Positions 38,201-47,258 of a stretch of DNA of 64,000 nucleotides are shown here, one piece after another (position 1 is the stretch's first letter; each line of letters starts with the position of its first letter). The notes beneath the pieces are model-generated. The model worked only from the letters and a program-made list of their open reading frames with translations. It searched no databases and was not told where the DNA came from. Both the position numbers and the translations under genes were made by a program. The stretch lies in the NCBI GenBank assembly GCA_051875605.1, contig JBJEHA010000013.1, forward strand, positions 3,648 through 67,647. Reading direction: 5' to 3'. The DNA is from Prevotella sp. Lineage in GTDB: Bacteria; Bacteroidota; Bacteroidia; Bacteroidales; Bacteroidaceae.

Positions 38201-41103
38201 AACGCATATTCATCATCATGCTGGCCGTGTTCGCGCTGAATACGGTCTCCCTGTGTGCACAATCACATCAGGAACAGCAAGCGACCGCTCTGCTGGAACA
38301 GCGGCTTCAGGATTTCTTCCTCCGCTACAAGGCCAAGGGAACCTTGTTCCCGCAGCAGCCACGTATGGAACGGCTTGAAGTGAACGATGATACAAGGCAT
38401 GTCAGGATTGTAGCCAGCAGCTACTTCGCCATGCAGGAATTCACACAGGCATCGGTGAGGTCCATCTACAGGAAAGTGAGCCGCGCCATGCCATCGCCCT
38501 ACAGCAAATACAGCGTAGAGATAGTGGTAAACGGCATGGCCATTGAGCAGCTGGCTGTTAACGGGCCTTCCGGACGCAAGCTCTACGGCGCGTGGGGAAA
38601 CATCGACTATGACGGACAGCCGTGGGTGAGCCGCATTTCAGCAACAGCAACCCCAACCCACGGACTGTACAACCGCCACATTGCGCTATGGGCCAGCCAT
38701 GGCATGTACTATGACCAGAGCAAAGGCTACTGGAAGTGGCAACGCCCCAACCTGTTCGGAACGACAGAAGACCTGTTCACACAGACCATTGTTGTCCCGT
38801 TCCTGATTCCCATGCTCGAAAACGCAGGGGCTAACGTGTTCACACCTCGCGAACGTGACTGGCAGAAAGAAGAGGTCATCGTTGACAATGACGACTCGCC
38901 CAGACTGCCCCACTATCTGGAAATGGAAATGGGAAAAGAATGGGAAACTGCAGATGTGAAGGGATTCGCACGCCATGACGGCACCTACCGCGACTCGGAG
39001 AACCCGTTTGAGGCAGGAACGGTGAGAAGGGCCCGGACAACAAAAAAGAAGAACGGTTCGGAAATCAGCTACCAACCCTCCATACCGGAGGAAGGCGACT
39101 ACGCCGTGTACGTGAGCTATGCTACCGTTCCGGGCAGCATACCCGATGCCGAATATACAGTATATCACAAAGGACAAGTCACCCGCTTTCACGTCAACCA
39201 GCAGATGGGCGGCTCTACATGGGTCTATCTCGGCACATTCCGCTTTGACAAAGGATGCAGCGAATTCAACCGCGTTGTGGTGTCGAACAGGTCAGAGCAC
39301 AAAGGTGTAGTGACAGCCGATGCCGTGCGCTTCGGTGGCGGAATGGGCAACATACAGCGGGGCGGAACGGTAAGCGGAATGCCGCGTTGCCTTGAAGCCT
39401 CGCGCTATTACGCACAGTGGGCCGGAGCACCCTACAGCGTATATAGCGGAAAGATGGGGACAGACGACTATACTGATGACATCAACGTACGCTCGAACAT
39501 GACCAACTGGCTGGCAGGCGGTTCGGTATATGTGCCTTCACTCGACGGCAAGAATGTGCCTATCGAGCTTAGTCTTGCCGTGCACAGCGATGCCGGTGTG
39601 GCCTACGATGGCCATTCTTTCATCGGTTCACTCGGCATCTGCACCACAGACTTCAATGGAGGCAGGCTCAACAGCGGGATTTCAAGACTGGCATCCAGGG
39701 ACTTCGCTGATGAACTGCTGTCTGGCTTACAGCGTGACCTGACCCATCATTACAGGACATGGACACGCCGCGACCTTTACGACAGGAACTATTCGGAAAC
39801 ACGCAAGCCGGAAATGCCTTCAGCCATCATAGAGACACTGTCACACCAGAATTTTCCGGACATGCTCATGGGACACGACCCGAACTTCAAGTTCACCATG
39901 GCGAGATCCATATACAAATCCATCCTGAGATATGTGTGCCAGCAGCACAGCAGGCCTTATATCGTACAGCCTCTGGCTCCGAACGGATTCAGCGTGACAA
40001 TGGCCGATAAAGGCAGGGTCAAACTGTCATGGACACCGACCACGGACGAACTGGAACCGACTGCATATCCGACAGCCTACAATGTCTATATGGCAACGGG
40101 CAACGGAGGATTTGACAATGGCACCATGACCACGGCGACCACACTGGAAATGGAAATCGAACCGAACACAGTGTATCACTTCAGGGTCACGGCAATGAAC
40201 AGGGGCGGAGAAAGCTTCCCCACCGAAACATTATCGGCCTACTGTAATCCTGATGCCACGAAAACCGTCCTCGTGGTCAACGGCTTCAAGCGACTGGCAG
40301 GACCGGCTGTGGTGAACACCATAGACGAACAGGGATTCGACCTTGATGCAGACATGGGCGTGTCTTACGGTCTTACCGCAGGATGGAACGGTCGGCAAAC
40401 CTGTTTCGACAGGAAACGGATGGGCACTGAAGGTCCTGGCGCACTGGGGTACGGAGAAGATGAAATGGCCGGAAAGTTTATCATGGGCAATACCTTTGAC
40501 TACGTGACAGAACACGCAACATCCATTGCTTCATCCGCACGTTACAACATCGTGAGCTGCGGAAAAGAAGCCATCGAGACAGGGAAGGTCAATCTGTCTG
40601 ACTATGACAGTGTTGACCTCATTCTTGGACTCGAAAAGGATGACGGCCATGCCCTGGCCTACTATAAGTCGGTTTCGCCGCAATTGCAGCAGAAGCTCAC
40701 TGCCTATGCACATGATAATGGGCGAATGCTCGTCAGCGGAGCATATATGGGATCGGACATTCAGGACGAGGCTGGCAAACAGTTCCTGCGCGATGTGCTC
40801 AAGGTTGAATGTACATCATACAATGACTCCGTTTCACATGATACGGTCAGCGGACTGGGCAGACAGTTCCGGATTATCAGGAATCCTAACCCACACCATT
40901 ATGCAGCTTCGGCAGTTGACCGGCTGTCACCAGCGCCATCGGCCTATTGTGCCATGCTTTATCAGGATGGCAGCAGCGCGGCTGTAGCCTATGACGGTAA
41001 CGACTACAAATGTTTCACTATGGGATTCCCAATTGAGTGCATAGCCAATAAAGATGACAGGACTGCCATCATCAACGGCATACTGGCATTCATCATGAAA
41101 TAA
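38197..41103 (+). CDS. Large exported protein: amidase_3-like plus golvesin-like and fibronectin type III domains (often auto-annotated as xanthan lyase)
   Basis: Signal peptide; IALWASHG, AVHSDAG and IIETLSHQN amidase-like motifs; VVTADAVRFGGG; FN3 pattern YHFRVTAMNRGGES. Confidence 0.7.
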   Translation: MKRIFIIMLAVFALNTVSLCAQSHQEQQATALLEQRLQDFFLRYKAKGTLFPQQPRMERLEVNDDTRHVRIVASSYFAMQEFTQASVRSIYRKVSRAMPSPYSKYSVEIVVNGMAIEQLAVNGPSGRKLYGAWGNIDYDGQPWVSRISATATPTHGLYNRHIALWASHGMYYDQSKGYWKWQRPNLFGTTEDLFTQTIVVPFLIPMLENAGANVFTPRERDWQKEEVIVDNDDSPRLPHYLEMEMGKEWETADVKGFARHDGTYRDSENPFEAGTVRRARTTKKKNGSEISYQPSIPEEGDYAVYVSYATVPGSIPDAEYTVYHKGQVTRFHVNQQMGGSTWVYLGTFRFDKGCSEFNRVVVSNRSEHKGVVTADAVRFGGGMGNIQRGGTVSGMPRCLEASRYYAQWAGAPYSVYSGKMGTDDYTDDINVRSNMTNWLAGGSVYVPSLDGKNVPIELSLAVHSDAGVAYDGHSFIGSLGICTTDFNGGRLNSGISRLASRDFADELLSGLQRDLTHHYRTWTRRDLYDRNYSETRKPEMPSAIIETLSHQNFPDMLMGHDPNFKFTMARSIYKSILRYVCQQHSRPYIVQPLAPNGFSVTMADKGRVKLSWTPTTDELEPTAYPTAYNVYMATGNGGFDNGTMTTATTLEMEIEPNTVYHFRVTAMNRGGESFPTETLSAYCNPDATKTVLVVNGFKRLAGPAVVNTIDEQGFDLDADMGVSYGLTAGWNGRQTCFDRKRMGTEGPGALGYGEDEMAGKFIMGNTFDYVTEHATSIASSARYNIVSCGKEAIETGKVNLSDYDSVDLILGLEKDDGHALAYYKSVSPQLQQKLTAYAHDNGRMLVSGAYMGSDIQDEAGKQFLRDVLKVECTSYNDSVSHDTVSGLGRQFRIIRNPNPHHYAASAVDRLSPAPSAYCAMLYQDGSSAAVAYDGNDYKCFTMGFPIECIANKDDRTAIINGILAFIMK

Positions 41104-41141
41104 CAATAATCACATAACATCTATTTTTAATTTAATTTAAC

Positions 41142-41495
41142 ATGTATAGAATCCAGGCAAATCCGACAGCGACAAGAAATATAGAGGTGAGCGAACAACA
41201 CTTGGCCACCATCAGGAAATATGCGCTGTTCCAGAACCTCGCAGGAAGCACAGGTATCATTGACGAAAGTGTCCTCGACCGTCTCAAACTCACGCTCCGG
41301 TCATTATTGGGCAATGACACCGGCAACAACAAAGAACTGCTCGACCTGTGCCTTGACGTAATCTACAATAACAACATGAAGGCGTTTGGGCTTACGCAGC
41401 TCGTTAAACTCTATACAGAATGGCTGGGCACACAGCCACAGGAAGAAGAGAACGGAACAGGAAACGTCAACGGGAATCTGCAGGAAACGTGCTGA
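41142..41495 (+). CDS. Small hypothetical protein
   Basis: 117-aa ORF in the operon; its stop overlaps a GTG in frame with the next gene. Confidence 0.65.
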   Translation: MYRIQANPTATRNIEVSEQHLATIRKYALFQNLAGSTGIIDESVLDRLKLTLRSLLGNDTGNNKELLDLCLDVIYNNNMKAFGLTQLVKLYTEWLGTQPQEEENGTGNVNGNLQETC

Positions 41496-43405
41496 ACAAC
41501 ACTGAACTGAGACTGTCGGACTGGCTCCCTACGACAAAAAAGGAAGCGCAGCTAAGAGGATGGGATGAACTTGATGTCATCCTGTTTTCCGGTGATGCCT
41601 ACATCGACCATCCTTCCTTCGGTGCAGCCGTCATAGGCAGGACGCTCGAGGCAGCAGGATTGAGGGTAGCCATCGTGCCACAACCGGATTGGCATGGCGA
41701 CTTCCGCGATTTCAAGAAACTCGGTACACCGAAACTCTTTTTCGGCATAGCACCGGGATGTATGGACTCAATGGTCAACAAGTACACTGCCAACAAACGT
41801 CTCCGTTCTGAAGATGCCTACAGTCCAGATGGCAGACACGATTGCAGACCGGAATATCCCACTATCGTCTATAGCAGGATCCTTCGACAACTGTTCCCTG
41901 ACACTCCAATCATTCTGGGTGGTATTGAAGCTTCCATGCGAAGATTATCCCACTATGACTATTGGCAGGACAAGCTTAGAAGGTGCATACTTTTCGATGC
42001 ACCTGCCGACATGATTATATATGGCATGGGAGAAAAACCTATTCTCCGGCTGGTTCAGGAATTGCGTTCAGGACAGGACATCAAGAATATACATGGCATT
42101 CCGCAAACCGTTTTCCTTGCCACCAGAGAGAATATTCCCGGGGATATCGGGACTGAAGATATCCTGCTGCACTCCCATGAAACCTGTCTGAAAGACAAGA
42201 AGGCCCAGGCGGAAAACATCAGACACATTGAGGAAGAATCCAATAGCATTCATGCGCATAGGCTCATCCAGCAGAGCGGATCGCTTTACACCATTGTCAA
42301 TCCTCCTTTTCCCCCTATGACAACGGAAGAGCTGGATGCGTCGTTTGACTTACCTTACACCAGACTGCCACATCCCAAATATAAAGGGAAACGCATACCG
42401 GCCTACGAAATGATCAGGCATTCCGTCAATATCCACCGTGGATGCTTCGGTGGCTGTGCTTTCTGCACCATCAGTGCGCATCAGGGAAAATTCATTACAT
42501 GCCGCAGTAAGGAAAGCATATTAAGGGAAGTCGCCCAAATCACTCGAATGCCGGACTTCAAGGGATACTTAAGTGACCTTGGAGGACCTTCGGCCAACAT
42601 GTACGGGATGGGTGGCCGTAACCGCAAGCTGTGTGAACGATGCAAACGCCCTTCCTGTATTCATCCGCGCATCTGTCCTAACCTCGACACTGACCACTCT
42701 TCCCTGCTTGACATTTATCATGCAGTTGACCGTATGCCAGGCATAAAGAAAAGCTTCATTGGCAGCGGGGTGCGTTATGACCTTCTTTTGCACCGTACCG
42801 GTAATGCACAAGCTGATGCTGCTGCCCGACAATACACACATGAACTGATTACAAAGCACGTGAGTGGACGGCTTAAGGTGGCTCCAGAACATACGTGTGA
42901 TGCAGTGCTCGACCTCATGAGAAAACCATCCTTCAACCAGTTCCGTGAGTTCAAGCACATATTCGACACCATCAACAGGCAGGAAAACCTGCGCCAGCAG
43001 ATTATACCATATTTCATAAGCAGCCATCCCGGTTGCCGGGAGGAAGACATGGCACAGCTTGCCGTAACGACAAAGTCCCTTGACTTCCGGCTCGAACAGG
43101 TACAGGATTTCACCCCTACTCCCATGACCATCAGTACAGAGATGTGGTACACAGGCTATAATCCCTATACGTTACAGCCAGTCTTCTGTGCGAAGACACC
43201 TCAGGAGAAACTTGCACAACGACAATATTTCTTCTGGTACAAACCACAGGAGCGCAATGCTATCGAACAGGCGTTGCGGCGCATTGGACGTCCTGACCTC
43301 ATCAACCGACTTTACGATAACACCAGTAGAAATGCAAATAAAGGAAAGCACGGTCATAGGCAAGAAAAGCCAGGCGACATGCGAAGACGGAATCGTCACG
43401 ACTGA
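41489..43405 (+). CDS. YgiQ (UPF0313) family radical SAM protein
   Basis: GDAYIDHPSFG, CxxxCxxC as CFGGCAFC, DLGGPSANMY, QVQDFTPTPMT; the start is uncertain (GTG 41489 chosen; the ORF is open from 41420). Confidence 0.88.
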   Translation: MLNNTELRLSDWLPTTKKEAQLRGWDELDVILFSGDAYIDHPSFGAAVIGRTLEAAGLRVAIVPQPDWHGDFRDFKKLGTPKLFFGIAPGCMDSMVNKYTANKRLRSEDAYSPDGRHDCRPEYPTIVYSRILRQLFPDTPIILGGIEASMRRLSHYDYWQDKLRRCILFDAPADMIIYGMGEKPILRLVQELRSGQDIKNIHGIPQTVFLATRENIPGDIGTEDILLHSHETCLKDKKAQAENIRHIEEESNSIHAHRLIQQSGSLYTIVNPPFPPMTTEELDASFDLPYTRLPHPKYKGKRIPAYEMIRHSVNIHRGCFGGCAFCTISAHQGKFITCRSKESILREVAQITRMPDFKGYLSDLGGPSANMYGMGGRNRKLCERCKRPSCIHPRICPNLDTDHSSLLDIYHAVDRMPGIKKSFIGSGVRYDLLLHRTGNAQADAAARQYTHELITKHVSGRLKVAPEHTCDAVLDLMRKPSFNQFREFKHIFDTINRQENLRQQIIPYFISSHPGCREEDMAQLAVTTKSLDFRLEQVQDFTPTPMTISTEMWYTGYNPYTLQPVFCAKTPQEKLAQRQYFFWYKPQERNAIEQALRRIGRPDLINRLYDNTSRNANKGKHGHRQEKPGDMRRRNRHD

Positions 43406-44141
43406 CGATTTCATCGCAGTAATCGATGGCAGCACGAGCAAGACTTCACACCGGCAGCGACCTGGCCTGAGCAACGGACGGCTGGCCATGCTGCGGATCT
43501 GCGAGTATATCAGCAACATGCCCGCAGACATCTGTCTGCGCAATTGCTGCAAAGGCCTGACCCACTGTCTCAGTTCTCCTACCGTCAGCAGTACAGCCGT
43601 ACGCCAGTATATGTTGCTTCCGCCCATCCAGCGTCCGACAGCAAGCCTTGGCATCTACAACCGATACCGCAAGGAAGTATGGCTTATCGGCGATTGCCAG
43701 TGCCTCATAGACGGACAGCACCATCAGAATCCGAAGCCCCATGAAGCCGAGCTGGCAGAAGCGCGTTCCATATATATCAAGCAGCAACTTGGAGCCGGGC
43801 ATACCATAGAGGAGTTCCAAAAGAAGGATACCGGACGTGCACACATCATGCCCCTACTCATCCGGGCCTGCGACAGCCAGAACATCGATTATGCGGTCGT
43901 TGACGGCACGCCGATTCCTATCAGGCACATCAAGGTCATTCCATGCCGGAAAGCAAGAGAGATTGTCCTTGCGTCAGACGGCTATCCCCTCCTTCTGCCC
44001 ACCTTGGAGGCATCTGAACAGTTTCTTGCGCAAGTTCTGCAGGACGACCCTCTGATGACCGGTGCCTTCAAGGCCACCAAAGGACTTATGCAGGGCAACA
44101 AATCGTTTGACGACCGCTGCTATATCCGCTTCACCCCATAG
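43332..44141 (+). CDS. PP2C/PPM-like phosphatase-fold protein
   Basis: CEDG, VIDG, LASDG and terminal DDR acidic motifs in PPM order; ATG 43332 preferred. Confidence 0.6.
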   Translation: MQIKESTVIGKKSQATCEDGIVTTDDFIAVIDGSTSKTSHRQRPGLSNGRLAMLRICEYISNMPADICLRNCCKGLTHCLSSPTVSSTAVRQYMLLPPIQRPTASLGIYNRYRKEVWLIGDCQCLIDGQHHQNPKPHEAELAEARSIYIKQQLGAGHTIEEFQKKDTGRAHIMPLLIRACDSQNIDYAVVDGTPIPIRHIKVIPCRKAREIVLASDGYPLLLPTLEASEQFLAQVLQDDPLMTGAFKATKGLMQGNKSFDDRCYIRFTP

Positions 44142-44180
44142 CCAAGGAAACTGATTATAAAAAAACAACTACCATCTATC

Positions 44181-46418
44181 TTGAAACACATCAGCAACAC
44201 CATCCGCCGCATCCTGCGCCGACACGCCACAGCATTCCCCGCACTGCTTGCCATGTGCCTACTCTATTCCTGTGCCACCAGCAAGCACATTCCTGAAGGA
44301 CAGCAACTGCTCACCGGGGTGGAAATCAGAGCCGACCAGAAAGGCTTCGACCCTTCACGCCTGCAACCATACATCCGGCAGAAGGCCAACTCACGATGGT
44401 TCTCTCTCTTCACCATTCCGCTTGCCACCTACTCCCTTTCCGGACCTGACACGACCAAGTGGATTAACCGCACACTGCAGCGCATCGGCGAAGCACCCGT
44501 GCTATACAGTCAGCAACAGGCGCAACAGACATGCGAAGACCTGCGCATAGCCATGAACAACATGGGCTACATGGATGCCGATGTCACCCTGCAGACCATC
44601 AGCAAGCGACGCACGGTCAAGGTCATCTACACCCTGCATCCCGGACTGGCCTACCGCATCAACACGCTCACCTACGACATACAAGACCCCAACATACGCA
44701 CCATCCTGCAACAGCCCGGCAACACGCCGCAACTCCATGCAGGAGCTCCTTTTACCATAGATGCGCTCAATGCCGAACGCAAGCGCATCACCTCACTGTT
44801 GCTGGACAGTGGCTACTACCACTTCAACAAGGATTTCATCGTCTTTGATGCAGACACCGTAACGGGCAGCACAGACATAGACCTCACCCTGCGGCTCCTG
44901 CGCTACAAGGCCACGAACAACAGTCCCGACACACTTCATCCACGCTACACCATCAAGACCATCAGCTATATCAACGGTGAAGGAGGCGACCGTATCAGCC
45001 TGCGCCCCAGCACGCTCCATGCAAGCACTGCACTCAAGGCCAACGAACGGTTCAGTTCATCGGCCCTGCAGAAAACCTATAACAACTTTGCGCGGCTACA
45101 GGCGGTGCGCTACACCAGCATCCGCTTTACCGAACTCCCTGATGACTCGCTTGACTGCGAGATACAGCTGAGCACCAACAAGCCACACGCCATAGCCTTC
45201 CAGCCCGAAGGAACCAATACTGCGGGCGACTTCGGAGCTGCAGCTACGCTCACCTATCAGAACCGCAACCTGTTCCACGGTTCTGAAGTCTTCAGCCTAC
45301 AGCTGCGTGCTGCGTTTGAAGCCATTACCGGCCTTGAAGGCTACCAGAACCAGGACTATGAGGAATATAATGTGGAGACAAGGCTGCAGTTCCCGCGTTT
45401 CGTGGCACCTTTCCTCTCCCGTTCCTTCAGGAACAAGAGTACAGCCACCTCCGAACTGTCCCTGAGCTACAACCTGCAGAACCGTCCGGAGTTCCACCGG
45501 AGAGTCTTCTCCGCCGCATGGCGATACCGCTGGAGCGAACCGCGTCACCACACGGCCTGGCGCATTGACCTTCTCGACCTCAACTATGTCTATATGCCCT
45601 GGATGTCGCCCACCTTCAAGGAAGAGTATCTTGACAACGCATCATCGAGGAACGTCATCCTCCGCTACAACTACGAGGACCTCTTCATCATGAAGACAGG
45701 CGCCTCCCTGAGCTACACCAACAGGAAACAGGCCTTCAAGGTGGGCATAGAGACAGCGGGCAACGTGCTCAGCGCAGCAGCCCACATCCTGGGGTCGCCC
45801 CGCAACAGCGAACAGCAATATACACTCTTCAACATCGCTTTCGCGCAATATGCCAAAGCCGATATCGACTACACCCGCATATTGAATTTCGACCCGCGCA
45901 ACAGCCTGGCCATACACCTGGCTCTCGGCATATCCTATCCCTATGGCAACAGCAACGTGCTGCCTTTCGAGAAACGCTACTTCTCAGGTGGTGCCAACTC
46001 CGTACGCGGATGGAGCGTACGCTCACTCGGCCCGGGTTCATACAGGGGAACAGACGGACGCATCGATTTCATCAACCAGACAGGCGACATGAAGCTCGAC
46101 CTCAGCATGGAATACCGCACGGCACTCTTCTGGAAACTCCACGGTGCATTCTTCATTGACGGCGGCAACATCTGGACACTCCGCGCATACGAGGAACAGC
46201 CCGGCGGACAATTCAAGTTCAACCGCTTCTATAAGGAGATTGCAGCGTCCTATGGTCTCGGACTTCGTCTCAACCTTGACTACTTCCTCATCCGTTTCGA
46301 TATAGGCATGAAGGCCATCAATCCAGCCTACCAGGATGCACGCCGCCACTACCCCATTGCACACCCGTCCATAGGCAGGGACATGGCGCTGCACTTTGCC
46401 GTGGGCATGCCTTTCTGA
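44181..46418 (+). CDS. BamA/TamA (Omp85) family outer-membrane protein
   Basis: Lipoprotein-like N-terminus (LLYSC), POTRA-like region, YFSGGANSVRGW motif, terminal GMPF. Confidence 0.88.
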   Translation: MKHISNTIRRILRRHATAFPALLAMCLLYSCATSKHIPEGQQLLTGVEIRADQKGFDPSRLQPYIRQKANSRWFSLFTIPLATYSLSGPDTTKWINRTLQRIGEAPVLYSQQQAQQTCEDLRIAMNNMGYMDADVTLQTISKRRTVKVIYTLHPGLAYRINTLTYDIQDPNIRTILQQPGNTPQLHAGAPFTIDALNAERKRITSLLLDSGYYHFNKDFIVFDADTVTGSTDIDLTLRLLRYKATNNSPDTLHPRYTIKTISYINGEGGDRISLRPSTLHASTALKANERFSSSALQKTYNNFARLQAVRYTSIRFTELPDDSLDCEIQLSTNKPHAIAFQPEGTNTAGDFGAAATLTYQNRNLFHGSEVFSLQLRAAFEAITGLEGYQNQDYEEYNVETRLQFPRFVAPFLSRSFRNKSTATSELSLSYNLQNRPEFHRRVFSAAWRYRWSEPRHHTAWRIDLLDLNYVYMPWMSPTFKEEYLDNASSRNVILRYNYEDLFIMKTGASLSYTNRKQAFKVGIETAGNVLSAAAHILGSPRNSEQQYTLFNIAFAQYAKADIDYTRILNFDPRNSLAIHLALGISYPYGNSNVLPFEKRYFSGGANSVRGWSVRSLGPGSYRGTDGRIDFINQTGDMKLDLSMEYRTALFWKLHGAFFIDGGNIWTLRAYEEQPGGQFKFNRFYKEIAASYGLGLRLNLDYFLIRFDIGMKAINPAYQDARRHYPIAHPSIGRDMALHFAVGMPF

Positions 46419-46478
46419 CCCGACATTCACCCAATAAGCTGCCGGGCAATGGATAACACATGCTTTCAGCCTGAAAAT

Positions 46479-47020
46479 CAAAATGTCAGAATTTTGACGT
46501 TTTTTGTGACACTTTGATTTTCGGGCCATTTATGAAGATTTGGGCGAGAACGGATTTTTATGCGCCAGCGGAAAATTCCGGTTTTGGAAGACTAATTTGT
46601 AAACCATTGATAATCAACGGGATAAGTTTTTACAATCACAAAGTGTTAACAAAAACCGCCCGATTTTAACCTAAAATCCGTTAAATTCGTGCACAAAACG
46701 CGCGATTTGTGCAGTTTTCAGCCCCCATTTTCCGCACTTTTGGCCGGAAAATCGCGGTTTTGAGGCCGAAAAACCTGAGTTTTTGCCCCAAAACAGTTAA
46801 GTTTTTCCTCAAAAACACTTAAGTGCCAAGACGAAAATAGTTAACTAATTTTTCGGAAACAGTTAAGTGTTTCCCCCCTAACACTTAACTGATTTTTCCG
46901 TTTTGTGCAAAAAACCGGCAATTCACACTTATTAACGTGAAAATCGGTCAAAAACAGCCCGTTTTTCAGCACTCAGAAAAATCAAAGTGTCAGCAAAACC
47001 GTTAAAAATTTGACACTTTG
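46479..47020 (+). repeat. 542-bp dispersed intergenic element, copy 5
   Basis: End modules at 46479-46516 and 46983-47020; first TTAA box at 46797 (offset 319). Confidence 0.95.
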
Positions 47021-47099
47021 AAAATCGCAATCTCTCCATGACAATAACCCAGTAATTCGATTTTTTCTGTTCATCCTTGTCTGTGTCAGCAAAAAGCAG

Positions 47100-47107
47100 T
47101 AATTTTG
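47100..47107 (+). promoter_or_regulatory. -7 box driving the TPP riboswitch leader
   Basis: TAATTTTG(CA) about 20 nt before the aptamer P1. Confidence 0.65.
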
Positions 47108-47127
47108 CAGCGGCTTGCAAAATGCAA

Positions 47128-47245
47128 GCTAAAGGGGTGCCCGCTGTGGCGGGCTGAGATCAGACCCTCTGACCTGATCCGGGTAATGCCGGCGTAGGGA
47201 TTTGGCAAAACATAAAAAGTGCCCCTTTTTGTGTATTCTTTTTTT
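47128..47245 (+). ncRNA. TPP (thi-box) riboswitch with terminator-type expression platform
   Basis: P1 GCTAAA/TTTGGC (47128-47133/47201-47206); GGGGTGC...GCTGAGA...ACCTGATCCGGGTAATGCCGGCGTAGGGA core; hairpin ACATAAAAAG/CTTTTTGTGT (47210-47234) plus a T-rich tract. Confidence 0.92.
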
Positions 47246-47258
47246 ATTAGCAACATTC

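Noticed and set aside
46474-47025. AAAAT on both sides of copy 5 as a target-site duplication
   Set aside because: It is exact only in this copy; in the others the match is offset by 1-2 nt or imperfect, and AAAAT is also the fixed inner flank of the module. It is treated as flank polarity, not a proven TSD.
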